Notes: a model not told the origin generated them from the letters alone. Shown: positions 1 to 13,886, numbered from the stretch's first letter. The stretch: 64,000 nt of DNA from Eledone cirrhosa (GCA_964016885.1 OZ024747.1:71238001-71302000); one strand, 5' to 3'. Translations and numbers: made by a program.

Positions 1-52
1 GCACTCGTTAGCTTGGCTGCAACCATCGCTTGGTTGATGCTGTACTAAATTT

Positions 53-343
<291 letters not shown>

Positions 344-1171
344 TGCCGAAGTGTTTGTTGTATGCAAGTTTGATTGGAAGTATAACTTATATTTGTGCTA
401 TATAAAGAAGCCGTATTTCAATGTCTGAATTGAAATGAAGTTGAATCAAAGAAGATATTTACTAAACTGCCCTATGTTTGACATGGATAGTGACCTAGGA
501 AATGACCTAAGCACTTTCTAAGAAAGTTCACTAAAGGGGTTCCTTCCCTATTAAACTGATTGCTACAATGAAACTATTTCTTAATTAATTATGCTCAATG
601 CCAACATTTGTTTCTGAAAACTTCAATTACGGTGTTAAGCAACAAGAATTTGCAGCCAATATTTCAATGAAAAAATACCTAATATTTAAGTCATTTTTTG
701 ATATCAGCAACGACTACTATTAGTATTATGATTATTATTATTGGTTCTTCAAATAATCGTCACACCAACTTTTGCTTCGTAAGTTTTGGTGATTTTTCAC
801 TTGTTTGCATAACGTTTCTTGTTTATATTTTTTTAGAAACTCTAAATAGAGTGCCATACTTTGCTCTCAGAAAGGATGACTCCATAATATTTGAGTGGGA
901 GTAATATTCGAGTATATTAGACCTACTTCTTGACTTGTACTCTATTCTATTGACTACATAGGGATGGACAACAATAAGGTCTCAGTGAGATTTAAACTCC
1001 AAGACGGAATAGATATAACTAGTCACACGTAGCCTTTCGCTCTAACGATTCCTTCAAGTTCAACGAGAGAGCATTTGTGTATTTGTTCGACTTACTAGAA
1101 ATAGCAAATAAAATAAGCCTAAAAATACACACTAACATTTGAAGTAACATTGCACATAATTAACAAGACTG

Positions 1172-1174
<3 letters not shown>

Positions 1175-1220
<46 letters not shown>

Positions 1221-1269
1221 ATACATACACACATACATACATACATACATACATACATACATACATACA

Positions 1270-1300
<31 letters not shown>
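1175..1300. repeat. Compound microsatellite (GT)n-(CATA)n
   Basis: Directly visible. Confidence 0.95.
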
Positions 1301-2616
1301 GCAAAAGGCAAACAGAAATAACAAATGACACAGTGCAATGAAGTATTATATTATTAGTTTTAAGCTTGATATAGTAGGAAAGAGTCATAACGTTTTGGAT
1401 GCTAGTCGTTCATCAGAAGATAAAATGAGAAATTAAAGAAGAAATAGAAAAATTGAGGAAACGGGCAGAGTGAAAACGAAATTTTTTTTTTTTTTAAATA
1501 ACAGGTCCATTCATTTTGCCATCACTTGGAAAACTGTTGATGCTGGCGTTTTGTGTATGATATAGTTGTTTTGAAAATGTGATGATGCAGCGTGTCTATC
1601 TGAAAGGAGAAAGACCATTTTGTATATGTAAAGCAAATGGTCCATTCTATCAGAACTTACAACAAACTTCCCGAACAAGCAAATTGCTTGTAACACAGAT
1701 ACATTCCCACAGCACCAAAAATCAATACTGCATTATATTATACAACTATTGAAATATTTCAGTCCATCCATTTTTAGAATTTCACTAGTCTCCGGATATT
1801 TTTTTTTTTTTTTTAGCAATTCAAAACATTGAGAAATATATGAGGGTATATTTCTTGAATAATAATGTTCTTCTATAAATAGTATTTTCTGGTCTTCTAG
1901 TGTTAGTTTTAATATTTTCTACCTACTGATGGACAGTACACATCTAGTTGACCAAACGAGAAACAGTCTATCACAGTGTTCACACGAAGTACTTTAATAC
2001 ACTGATCTTGACATTTGGCAAAACATGAAATTATTGAGGAAGATTAAATAGACGTGTGATCAATACATGTTCCAGGGACCATAAAGTTGATGCTCTCACA
2101 CAATTTATATTATGGCGAGTAACTCAAACCGTATCTAGATTCTGTATACTTATGCCATTGACAGTAGTATTTAGTCTAGAAGCATTTTGGATTTGAGAAA
2201 ATAACCGTATATTTCACAAACGTACCACTTTACATGCCAACAGAGAAATCCTATGTTTATAGCAATAGTACTAAAGAATCTGAGTAAAGTTTTGTATAGC
2301 TAAGAAGAGATAAAAGTTTGAAAATGAAATACTGTGAAGGTAAAATAATTTCAAACTTAGGAATAAAATTCAAACTAAAGCGTAAGAGAAATATCTGACT
2401 AAACTACATATGTATGTCAAAATTTGGCAAACTGAAGAAAATTGGTATTTTAGAAAATGATATAAAGATTATAAAAAAAACAACAGCATAAAGGAAAGTT
2501 ACAATTTTGTTATAGGCTAAAATTATTTCCCCATGATCAATGTCATAGAAAAGTGAACGAAACTTTTTTTTAAATTAAAGTAGAAAAATGAAAATATATC
2601 GCAATGTTAAAAGATT

Positions 2617-3180
2617 ATCTTCTTCTTCTTCTTCTTCTTCTTCTTCTTCTTCTTCTTCTTCTTCTTCTTCTTCTTCTTCTTCTTCTTTCTTCTTCTTCTT
2701 CTTGCTTATAGCTATTCCGGTGAATGACTATACATTTGTGTATTCGACTGAATCCTCAACCGAAACCAGTCGAGCTCCTGGATGTTACCCAGCCATTTTA
2801 CTCGGAGTTGGTTCTGTTCGTAAAATCTGTCCTTCGGCGGAATCCCATTTCGGCTGCTTGTATTCGTGTTCGTATTCTTTCAATCATTCTCCAAGATTTA
2901 TGACCATAGGAAAGGGTTAGCACGAATACTGAATTGAAGATAGCGAGATTGGCTTTTACACCTACCTCCTTTCTTGTGATTACCGAATACTGAATCTGGT
3001 GTATTACTGCACCAGCTACTGCAATTCTTACACATCATCCAGCCTCTTGCCTTTCATCACTCGTGAACACTTCCCGAGATACTTGAACTTCTCTACCCTC
3101 TTCAGTGGAACTCCATTCCCCTGTAGAGTGCACTGCGCATGCTTCCTTGAGAGGACGTCTCAGCTTTCGCAGAACTGATT
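2617..3180 (-). mobile_element. Degenerate, internally deleted RTE-clade LINE fragment with (GAA)n tail
   Basis: Minus strand reads FKYL..VFTSD..RIAVAGAVIHQIQYSVITRKEVGVKANLAIFNSVFVLTLSYGHKSWRMIERIRTRIQAAEMGFRRR, resembling the post-RT region of RTE (Rex3/Expander-like) elements. It ends in (TCT)n at 2617-2703. Confidence 0.75.
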
Positions 3181-3384
3181 TGAAAGATGTCATGACATAA
3201 ATATTGATATAATCCCTTTATATACCTAGAGGATTAATTCAAGGGTTCTATAAATTAGAAAATAACTCAAGCAATTGTCTCAGTTTATCATACTAGCAGA
3301 TAGATAAATGCTTACTTATCCAATATATGTTACTAATGTAATTAATTTGGATAAATAAGCATTACTGAGGCTTTTAAAGTTGAA

Positions 3385-3470
3385 CGAACGTTCATAGGAT
3401 CCTGGGTTCGATTCCTATATCAGACAATGCCTTGTGTCCTTGAATAAAATACTTTATTTCATGTTGCTCC
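3385..3470 (+). mobile_element. tRNA-derived SINE fragment
   Basis: B-box GGTTCGATTCC followed by GTGTCCTTGAATAAAATACTTTATTTCATGTTGCTCC, a SINE-body-like motif. Confidence 0.5.
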
Positions 3471-4239
3471 TTCTGCCGGGAGTTGCAGCCGGCAGATAGT
3501 ATTAAGAATGGAAAGTCCAATGGAAACAGTGTTTACTTTAATTACTAAATAGCAATTGCGTCTGTGTATTTTTTATTGACGAAGTATATCTAGCCAACAG
3601 TCATAAAAATCCAGCCTAGTGACTAAGGGAACTAACTCACCAATAATTTTATTATTTAGTCAAATTGTAGCCGTTAAAATATGAAATAAATTAAGCTGTA
3701 ATCTTGTTATATTTCTTTTTACGAATGTACCTTGCATAGTGTAAGACGTTTCTTCCGTATTTATGGTAATCAGTGAAGCAAACATTAATTCAATTCTTTT
3801 GGAGTAGTAACTTATAGACTGCTTTTATTTGATCAAACAAAACGAAAAAGAATGAAGATGGTGAGTGCAATGGAAAACGGACTGGAGAAAGAATAGTCGC
3901 AAGAGGGAAAAGAGTGGAGCCATAGATATATACATATGCATACATACATATGCACATACACACACGTGTTGGGGTGTATAAGAGGTTTTAAGTTAGTTGT
4001 GTTATCTAAATAGAAAAAAAATTGTCGAGGGACTCAGTGCCAAAAATACTTTCAGCAAACATATCTCAGCTGATATAGATGGCCACAAACTTACTAACCT
4101 CACTGTGCAGCCAAGCGTATTTATTATACAAAGTAAAAGACTTGAAGGCACGAACACAAATGTGCATTCGATCCATTATGTTAATATTCTCAGGTTTATT
4201 CGAACACAAAATCTTTGCTCCAAGTTTTGTTTATTTGAA

Positions 4240-4435
4240 ATTGGAATGGACATCCGTCTGTTTCGACGGTGTATCTTCCAGGTGATGATGAATCGAACAG
4301 CTTGGTAATGAAATTTACGGGTAAGTGCCTGAGCACTCCTCCATAGACATGTGTACCCTTAATGATATTCTTGGGAAGATTCAGCTGGACACAGTGCGTG
4401 ATAAGGCTGGTCTTTTATTAATTACAGGTAATCTT
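4240..4435 (+). repeat. Interspersed repeat (SINE-like), related to the inverted copy at about 30410-30545
   Basis: GTAAGTGCCTGAGCACTCC..GTGTACCCTTAATG..TTCT..GACACAGTGCGTGATAAGGCTGG matches the reverse complement of 30410-30500. Confidence 0.6.
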
Positions 4436-4469
4436 TCCAAAGGCCTTCCAAAGAATTTCCGCAAATGTG

Positions 4470-4685
4470 ATTTTTTCGTTGTTGATGTTATTGTTGTTAT
4501 TGCTGTCGTTACCGTTGCTGTTGCTGCTGTTGTTCTTCTCTTTGCCATTGTTTTGCTGCTGTTGTATTGTCGTTGCTGTTGGTGTTGTTTTGGTTGTTGT
4601 CATCGTCGTTGTTCTTGTTATTGTTGCTGTGATTCTCATCGTTAACGTCGTTGCTGCTACTGCTGTTGTTATTGTTGTTGCAATC
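4470..4685. repeat. Degenerate (GTT/GCT)n trinucleotide repeat
   Basis: Directly visible. Confidence 0.85.
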
Positions 4686-4689
4686 ATTA

Positions 4690-4906
4690 GGGCGGTGTAT
4701 TGGCAGTATCGGTAAAGGGTCAGACACCATGCTTTGCAGCATAATGTTACGGCCCTTTATGATCTGAATTCAAATCCCGCCGGGGTTAACTTTGCCTTTC
4801 ATCCTTACGGATAAAATAAAGTACCAGTCACGCACTGGGTCGATTTAGTCGAAATTTCCCCTTCCCCAAAATTGCTGGCCTTGTGCCTAAATCAGAAAAC
4901 ATTATT
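4690..4906 (+). mobile_element. tRNA-derived SINE, near full length
   Basis: GGCGG start, A-box-like TGGCAGTATCGG, B-box-like GAATTCAAATCC, body AACTTTGCCTTTCATCCTT..GATAAAATAAAGTACCAGT..GCTGGCCTTGTGCC, ATT tail. A second copy is at 31206-31395. Confidence 0.8.
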
Positions 4907-4974
4907 GCTGCAGTCATTGCTGATGTTTTTGTCGTCTTCATCATTGTTGCCGTTGTTGTAGTTATTGTTGTTGT

Positions 4975-5130
4975 TGTTCACTCCCATTTTCTACTAGCTC
5001 ATTTGCCTCAGCTACTCCACTCTCCATTCCCAACTTAAAATCTCTACTTAGTTCCTCCAATTCCAACTGACTTAAGTGTCCTTTAGCTCTTATTACATGA
5101 GCCTGGCCCGCTAATGTTTGTCCCCATAGT
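4975..5130 (-). mobile_element. Old fragment of a Dong/R4-like ORF N-terminus
   Basis: QTLAGQAHVIRAKGHLSQLELEELSR aligns with QKLAGQAQVIRTNGWISELELEELSR of ORF 21239-24631. Confidence 0.7.
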
Positions 5131-6734
5131 TCAAATACAGGAAAAATTCCGTTATAACGAATACCATTTAACGAATTCTTCAGTATAACGATTTTTTTTT
5201 CAATCCACGAAGTAATAACAAACAAATACTTGATTCATTTCGGTCGATCTCATTAAAAAGAAATTTTCGTTAGAATGAATTTTTTTATACACCGTGAACG
5301 GAATATAACGGAATTTCACTGTAGATCAATATCGTTCAAGATTCGGATCACTTTTCAGATAACATTACTTTACAGTTTTATTATACACACACAGCGTGTG
5401 AGTGTGTGTGTGTTTCTGCGTGTGTATGTAATGATAAAGACAATCACACGAGAACAGATATATATACATTGAAATACACATTATATAACATTCCCATACA
5501 TATACAAATATACATTCTATGGATAATTCTGAACGATAAATCGCCTGGACTTATGAAATTTGAAGATGTATCTTTTCGTCTATAGTATTCTATTCTGTAC
5601 ATTACTTTCTGGGAATTCCATATAGATATAATTTACTGAGAGTTAAATTTTAACGGAACAGCGTCAAGCAATCAAGTTCAAATGTTTAGTTGGTAACATC
5701 AATTCTTTTGCATTGAGATTCTATGCGAATAAACCTTACAAATTCTAAAGTTTTCACCAACACGTCACCAATTTATCACTTTGCTGTGTGAAAGCTTTTC
5801 AGTAGAGATATACAGAAAAGAATGTTTCAGATGAGAAAATAGATAAAGAATATATTAGTAGAGTATGTTGATCAATACAATTATGAAATATTCCAATATG
5901 AGAAGATATTTGTAAATAGCATAACACTAAAGATGGAGAGGCAACAAAATATTGTGAGCTTGCGGCCATCTTTTTTTGTTTGTTTTTTGTTTTTTTTCGT
6001 AGTGGTTGTTTACTGCCATTCAAATCTTATTCTCCTTAATATGGTCACTGTATTTGCAGCCATATTCAGGTTTGTCATCTAGATATGAGATTAATCCGCA
6101 AAAGTTAAATTGAAACTGATATTCAATATGTCAATGTATACGAATTCAGATTCCTGGGCTTCTTTCATAGAGTGATTGAGAAATTTAAAAGGTTTAGAAT
6201 CATATAGGCTTCTTCAAGACATATAAGCGAGGGTTTTTATACAAAGAGAGATTTTTAAAAGATGAGAAAATGTGAATTACATCGCTTATGGCTTTCCAAA
6301 GCGCATTAACGACATAAGTGTTTTTAAACAACATTAGCTGTCACAATCTTGCAAGTTTACATGCTCATCACATGTTTGTGGATATGAAATATGCAATATC
6401 TTTACAAATGTCAAAAACGTGTACAGAAAACTCATTCTATAAACGCTTTTGTAAACGTTTTCATTGCCATAAAGTTCGACCTATACATAAAATAATACTC
6501 TAAATAAAGTAATATCGAAACCGGTATGTTGACTTAGAAAATAAATCCAAATGTCAGAAATACTGAACGTAGATATTTTTATCCTTAAGCTGCTTCAAAA
6601 CAATCGAGCTATCAAAACAATCAATATTATTAAACACCTCTCGAATTTAAATATCATATATAAGATGGTAGTTGTTTACAAACTCCATTCAAAGGAAAAG
6701 TCTAAGGAAAACACATTGTAGAATGTTAGTTTTC

Positions 6735-6781
6735 ATTGTTATTTTAAACCCTTGTGGTTAATAAAGAAATCATTGTTATTT
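6735..6781 (+). mobile_element. Very short 3'-terminal remnant of the Tx1 family that forms the 37-64 kb array
   Basis: TAAACCCTTGTGGTTAATAAAGAAATCATT is identical to the 3' terminus of the array units (reverse complement of 37181-37210). Confidence 0.75.
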
Positions 6782-7417
6782 TACGATATTAAGTCTGAAT
6801 GAGAATGTATTGGCACATTTTATCTTGTTTTTCAAATATTTATATTATGCATTACTGGTTGATGTTGTGTTATTTTCGTTGCTATTCTTTTCTGTGTTGT
6901 TGTTGTCATCGTTGTTGTTGTAGCTATTGTTTTTCTTGATTTGTTTCTGTTATCGCTGCATATTTTAAGGCGCCCATTGCAGACATATGATCAACAGAAT
7001 TCTAGCCTTGACTATCATATAGATATTTTTTCTCGAGATATATTATATCAGTATGGCATGATCTAATGCGTACTTCCTTTCTAATATATTTAGTACGATT
7101 TAAGACGAATGTAGATACCATTACTAGCAAGGCAGGTAATACATCGAAACTTCCTCTCAGCTAAAAGGCATGTGGGAGTCTTTTCAGGTAAAATAATGGA
7201 TCTCTCGTTAATGATACGTGTTTATAATTAGTAAATGCAACTATGTGGCGTATTTGCATATTTCGTTGTTATTATTGAAGTAAGTGAAATGAAATGCAAC
7301 ACAATCATGCAAAGGATTTGCCTTTTAGATATATATATATATATATAAGTTGTAATAAAATGAAAACGAAATTTCATTTCTCAATGTTAAAACGGCACTT
7401 AGTTAAATGTAGGGTAT

Positions 7418-7460
7418 ACGGTGCTGATGATAGCTAACAAGCTTGAAACTAGTACATCGT
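7418..7460 (+). ncRNA. Minimal type I hammerhead ribozyme motif (Penelope-like)
   Basis: ACGGTG-CTGATGA-T.AGCT.AACA.AGCT.T-GAAA-CTAG-TA-CATCGT. Stem I is 6 bp and stem III is palindromic. The first stem II pair is a T-T mismatch. Confidence 0.7.
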
Positions 7461-7615
7461 TCCTGTGTCAGTGTTGAACAAAAAGGTGACGTGGTTGCCT
7501 TAACACCGTACGGCATAAATTCAGGCTGTTCAGTTTGTTTACAAACGAACAAAGCGGGCGTTATAATAAGCGTCCGCTAAACTGATACGTACATATATGT
7601 ATGTGTACCTGTATG

Positions 7616-7683
<68 letters not shown>

Positions 7684-7989
7684 CATGCTACTGTACGTCT
7701 GTATACATATATGTATGTACGTATACATACATACTTACATTTAAGTTTATATATATATATATATACATATATATAAATATATATATATTTTTTTTTATTT
7801 GTTGACCCGAATTACTTGATCCTTTTTGGGGGGGGCTATGCGAATGATTGTTTAACCATCGTCTCAGTGTGTTTGGCCTTTAACGTTTGTTATAGCTCTG
7901 GTTCATCTGAATCATTGAGCACTTGCCACACATCTCGGTGGTGGTTTTTCGTTATTTCGTGGGCCGAAATGCGAATCTCGATAATTTAT

Positions 7990-8103
<114 letters not shown>

Positions 8104-8124
8104 GCATATAAACATAGATAGATA

Positions 8125-9390
8125 TGTTTCTTTTATTTGCCACCAGGGCATCAAAAGCGGGACAAGTACAATGGGGGGAGTTTACAAAACAAGGCGTCCT
8201 CAATAAGGAGGAGGCAATAACAATATATAAAAATAAAATAAAATATAACAAAAAATAAAATTGATAACAAAGTCCTCAATAGAGAGGAGGCGCCTTGGGG
8301 GGTCGCACACACCCCCCAAAAAAGTGTGCAACCCTTTTCCTCAGGACCACAGAGAAGGGGTGCTCCCTTGGTCTTTCATCTTCCTCACCTATAGTCTGAT
8401 GTAGAGTGAAGGCCCATTCACACGGGCCATTCTCGCCACTTTCACCCATCTTTCATAAAAACGGCTGGGGTGCAACACCTCTCTCTCCATCCTGATCCTT
8501 CTTCCGAAATGATATCGGAAGAAACGGACCAGTTGTTGGCCAGAGAGAAAGGTGTTTGACCTCAGTCCTTTCAGACGCGTCCACCATACAATCTCTTTTG
8601 CCATGGCTATTACGCACAGAAACACCGCCTCTTCTTCGTTTTTGAAGAGGGGAGGCGGCTTGATCGTTACAATAGACTCGGTGGTCAACCGGATCGGTCC
8701 CACCCTTGACAGCAGTTGTTCGACATAGCCCCACAGATCGGCAATGCCCGAGCAGTGTACCAATGCGTGTGCAACGGTTTCCTCGTCGCACACGCATCTG
8801 GGACAGATCTTTTTCGAGGGGTCCCTACCCGGGCGCCCGTGTCTGTAGAGCCTTTCTGGAACGGGCAGAGCCCTTCTGTAGCATTGCCAGGCCAGGGACC
8901 TCTGGAAGTTATCCATGGGTCCCGGGCTGAATGTCCTACCGAACAGGTTTGCCAGTTCGTCTTCCTCCATGCCTAGGGCTTCTCCGAGGGCGTCGTCGCA
9001 CCTGCTAACCACCAGCCCTCTATAGAATGACGAGGTGGATTCTCCACTGACAGCCGGGTCCGCCTGCCAGAGAGCCGTGAGCGCCTGGGCACACTCGGTG
9101 TGCCAGGCGCCCAGTTTTCTCGGTCTTTGCTTGACCCAGGATTGCAGCTCGGTGAGTGAGATGAGTCTGGGAAAGGCTCACCTCACAAACGGGGCCCACA
9201 CCGGTTGTCCGGAGAGGAATACCTGAAGGTGCCGTAGCCTTAATGCGTGTTTACGTATCATTAGCCACGGCATCCCCAGCCCTCCTTTTGAAGGGTGTTG
9301 ACAGCAGATGGATCTTCTCACCATAGGAGCCCGTTTCTTCCAAAGATCTGGTCAGTCTCTCAAAATATTCTACGCCTTTAGGCGAAATAA
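8125..9390 (-). mobile_element. 5'-truncated Tx1/L1-clade LINE (ORF2 C-terminus plus 3' UTR)
   Basis: ORF 8389-9012 is homologous to the array ORF2 C-terminus (CPRC..ETVAHALVHC). The 3' end GTGGCAAATAAAAGAAAC runs into TATCTATC, and the 5' end abuts (GATA)n. Confidence 0.9.
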
Positions 9391-9392
9391 AC

Positions 9393-9445
<53 letters not shown>

Positions 9446-9446
<1 letters not shown>

Positions 9447-12400
9447 GTTTCTTTATTAGCCACAGAGGCACAAAAAAAGGGGATAAATACAAAGGGGGAA
9501 GTTTACATACAATAAAAACGTGTAAAATATTATCACAAATGCAATTTAAAAATTAGTCGATATTCCCCAATAGGGGGTGACATTACATATGGGTAACACA
9601 TACCCCCGAAAAAATGTGCAACCCTCATCTCCGGGAGTACGAAGAGTTTGTACCCCTTTCTTCTCCTCCTCTTTTTCTTCTCAACCTATAGGCTGATATA
9701 GAGAGAAGGCCCATTCACTCGGGTCATTCTCACCACTTTCACCCACCTTTCATAAAACTTGCTGGGGTACAGCACCTCCTCCCCATCCTGATTCTTCTTC
9801 CAAAGTGGTATTTGAAAAAAAGAATCAGTTGTTGGCCGGAGAGAAAGGTGTCTGACCTCAGCCCTTTCAACCTTGTCCACCATACAACCTCTTTCGCCAT
9901 AGCTATCACACAAAGGAAAACCGCCTCTCCTTCGTTTTTGAAGGAGGGTGGCGGTTTGATCATGACAATGGACTCGGTGGTCAACCGCATTGGTCCCACC
10001 CGCGACAATAGTCGTTCTACATAGCCCCACAGGTCGGTAACGCCCGGGCAGTGTATGGATGCGTGCGCGACGGTTTCTTCGTCTCGCACGCACCTCGGAC
10101 AGATCTTTTTCGAAGGGTCCCTTCCCGGGCGCCCATGTCTTTAGAGCTTGTTTCGAACTGGTAAAGCTCTTCGGTAGCACTGCCAGGCCAGGGACCTTTG
10201 GAAATGTCCATCGGTCCCGAGCGGAAGGTCCTACCGAACAGACTGGCCATTTCGTCTTCCTCTACGCCTAGAGTTTCACCGAGCGCGTCATCGCACTTGC
10301 TGCGGATCAACCCTCTATAGAATGACGAAGTGGAGTCTCCACTGATCGCCGGGTCCGCCTGCCAGAGGGCTGTGAGCGCCTGAGAACATTCGATGTGCCA
10401 GTCGCCCATTTTCCTCGGTCTTTGCTTGACCCAGGACTGCAGCTCGGTCAGCGAGACGAGTCGTGGGAAGGCTCGCTTCACGAACGGGGCCCACACCGGT
10501 TGTCCGGTGAGGAATACGTAGAGATGCCGCAGCCTGAGCGCGTGTTTGCGCATAGTCAGCCACGGCATCCCCAGCACTCCGTTGGAAGGGTGTTGGCAGC
10601 AGATGGATCTTCTCACCAAAGGAAACGGCCTCCTCCAAATGAATTGAAAGAGCGCGCGCTCAATTTTGGTGAGCGTTTTGGCTGGATAAGGCACGACGGT
10701 CAAGCGGTAGTAGATGGTGGACGCTATAAAAGTGTTCGCCACCTCCGCTCGACATTTCAAGGATAGTTTGCACTCGGCCCACTTCTGGGTGAGTGCAAAC
10801 AACTTGGCCGTCACCTCGTTCCAGTTCTTCTCCACCTGGAGGTCCGGACCAAACCAGACCCCGAGCAGCTTTACCGGTCCTTCCGTCCAGCGTCCGACAA
10901 CGCCATCGGAAGGCATCGGTTTACCTCTCCAACATCCGAGTTGCAAACCGATGGACTTGTCCCGGTTCAGCTTCGCTCCTGTGAACCTTTCGTATTCCTT
11001 CAATAAGGTGCCGACTTCCTCGATTTGCGAGGCACTCGACACCATTACTGTCACGTCGTCGGCGTAGGCCGACGCCGCTTTCCGCAGTCCCGGTTCCAGG
11101 GGGATGCCCTGCAATAGCTCCAACTTCCGCAGTAGTGGCTCGAGAGTCAGTACGTACAGAAGGAAGGAGAGAGGGCATCCCTGTCGAATGGATCGCGTTA
11201 TATGGAACGTTCACCATAACCCTTGAGCAGATGTTGATGTTGTGCATTGCAGCAATCCAGCCCCTGAACACGATTCCGAAGCCTGCCGCCTCGAGTACCG
11301 CATCCAGGTAACGATGGTCAACCCTATCGAAAGCCTTAGACTGATCCAAGTTGATCAGGGCCCCACCGAAGCCGGGCTTACACCCTACCCTCTCTATGAT
11401 GTATCTTATGAGGTGTAGGTTGTCGTGTATGGACCTGGTCGGGATTGCGCATGTCTGCGCTTCTCCCATCGGGTTCTCGACGACAAGCGCCAGCCTCTTT
11501 GCCAACACCTTGGCCAAAATCTGTAACTCTGTGTTTAGCAGAGTTATGAGCCGGAAGTTGCCTATGTCATCCCCTTATTCTCGTCCTTCCTGACTAGTGT
11601 AACTACGCCCCCGGTCACAGAACTGGGAATTCTCCCGTTCTGCTGCCAGTTGCAGTAGAACGCTTCCAGGAGACCGGAGAATAAGTCCGGCATTGCTATG
11701 TAAAATTCGTAGGGTAGACCGTCGAGACCAGGAGATCTGCGTTTGCCACATTGGCTCAGCACGTCCCTTATCTCAGCGGCTGAAATCGGCTTTTCGCAGA
11801 ATTCGCTTCGCTGTCCGAGAGTCGTGGTAGGCCGTCGAGGTATGGACCGAAATCCATAGCCCCTCCCGGCGCGCCACCCTGCCTAAACAGTTGAGAAAAG
11901 TGCCGCTGAAAGGCCGCACACATCTGCTTCGGCTCACGTATCACGCGTCCGTCTTGGTCCTTCAAAGACCGAATCGTGGACTTGTTGCCACTTTTTGCCT
12001 CCGTCACTCGTGCCTAGCTAATAGCTTTGGCTCCCTCGTTTCACAGAGCACTATTTTGCTTCTGACAACGCAGCCCTCGTGCTCTGCGTCGAAGAACTGG
12101 TCAAAGGCCGTTCTCGTTGCTAGCACGCTGGCTACGTTGCCACTTCTAATTGACTCTTCTACTTTATCTACCAGTTCCTTCTCGGTCCTATTTCTATCTA
12201 ACGCTAATTCTTTACTAAAAACTAACGAGTCTAATCTAACTGCCCTCTTGAGAGTGTACCACCATCTGTTGTTGACAATGGCCCCTGTCAAGTGCTGTTT
12301 AACTAAATTGCTAATCCGTCTACTGTAGGCTTTGCATGTCGGTAACGACAAGTTCAGCTTCCAGTAGCCGGGTCCTTGTCTATGGGTTCTATCAAGGTTG

Positions 12401-13400
12401 ACAATGCAGGTCACTAGTTTGTGATCTGAATAGGCAACCATGAACATTTGTGGACAGCTTAACATGTGCCTATCCATATTTCTAACTAGAACCCTATCTA
12501 GGTACGATCTAGATGTTCCGCTACGATTAGTCCACATCCACAGTGGCACAGTCGGAAAATCTAGTCGATATTTATCGGCCAGGTCAAATTGACCGATTAA
12601 CTGTTTGAGGCTGTTACACCCCCCTTTATCGGGCCATGCTCCCACATAGTCCCAACGTGCCTCTAGGATTCCATTCCAGTCCCCCACTAAAAGCAAGGAG
12701 CGGGACGTTCCCAGAAAAGTCTCTAGACGTTTGAAGAAGTCTGGCCGCGGTGTCCCGGATGGGGCATATGCGGCCACCAGCCTGAATGCTCCACCTTCAC
12801 TACCGTCAACGTCTAGGACCACCAGTCGACCCTCCGGATCCAGATATACCGTCTGTTTTACGAGGCCGAGGTGTTTCCGCAGCAAAACGGCGACCCCGCC
12901 CCCACCCCCTGGCTGACAAAGAGATGCGTAGATCTCAAAGTCATCGAAGATGGGGGCCAGCTGTCGCTTGCTGTGGATCCTGGACTCGCAAATGGCTACT
13001 ACATCCATACTGTGCGACCTGAGGTCATTTAAGAGTTTGCCCTGTTTCCAGGGCATCCCCAGGCCGCGTACATTCACATATCCAACTCTTATATTGGCCA
13101 TGTTGGTTCTGAAAAGTTAAAAGAAAAGAAGAAAACACACCTCTTCGTCTCCCGGGGATCAGGCCGCACAATTTCCACGGTGGTGTTAGAGGGGTTGTCT
13201 GGGTGGGTGGTGGTTTCCGGCGGGGTGGGGACGGAGATGTTTGGTGGTGAGGGGGGTGAGAGGGGGGATTTTTTAAAAGGACGCGGTTAATGGGTTTAAC
13301 ACAAGGATTACCCACGTCCTTAGGAAAGTTTTCCTTTAAAGACTTATAGGTGTCCGTAGGGTCCCTAATCATCTTTAAATTAGGTTTGTCTACACAGTTC
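9446..13400 (-). mobile_element. Degenerate 5'-truncated Tx1/L1-clade LINE (end of ORF1 plus frameshifted ORF2)
   Basis: Fragments 12004-13101 (APE: NVRGL, GDWN, SYLD, SDH), 10921-11762 (SPGLDG, DQSKAFDRV) and 10017-11123 (YADD). The 3' end runs into (GATA)n at 9393-9446, and GATA repeats also flank the 5' end at 13403-13420. Confidence 0.92.
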
Positions 13401-13496
13401 GAATAGATAGATAGACAGATATGCGTTATTGATTTCGGAATTTGAAAATTTATTTTAATGGGCTTTGAGAGAGAGAGAGTGTTTATATATATATGT

Positions 13497-13542
<46 letters not shown>

Positions 13543-13574
13543 AGAATATTTTCGAAACAACGAGCGGGTTTGAA

Positions 13575-13810
13575 ATTATTATAAATGTAAGCTATCGCCG
13601 TATTTTGACTAAAGAAATTAAAGAAATTATTTAGCCTGATAGGGGGGTTAAGGACCCTCGGAGAAATGGGAAAAGATGAGTATTGACGTACATGTACGTC
13701 AATACTCATCTTTTTCCATTTCTCCGAGGGTCCTTAACCTCACTATCAGGCTAAATAATTTCTTTAATTTCTTTAGTCAAAATACGGCGATAGCTTACAT
13801 TTATAATAAT
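13575..13810. repeat. Spacerless inverted repeat (about 118-bp arms) between (TA)n tracts
   Basis: Centre GACGTACA|TGTACGTC at 13692/13693; only a few mismatches between arms. Confidence 0.95.
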
Positions 13811-13886
<76 letters not shown>

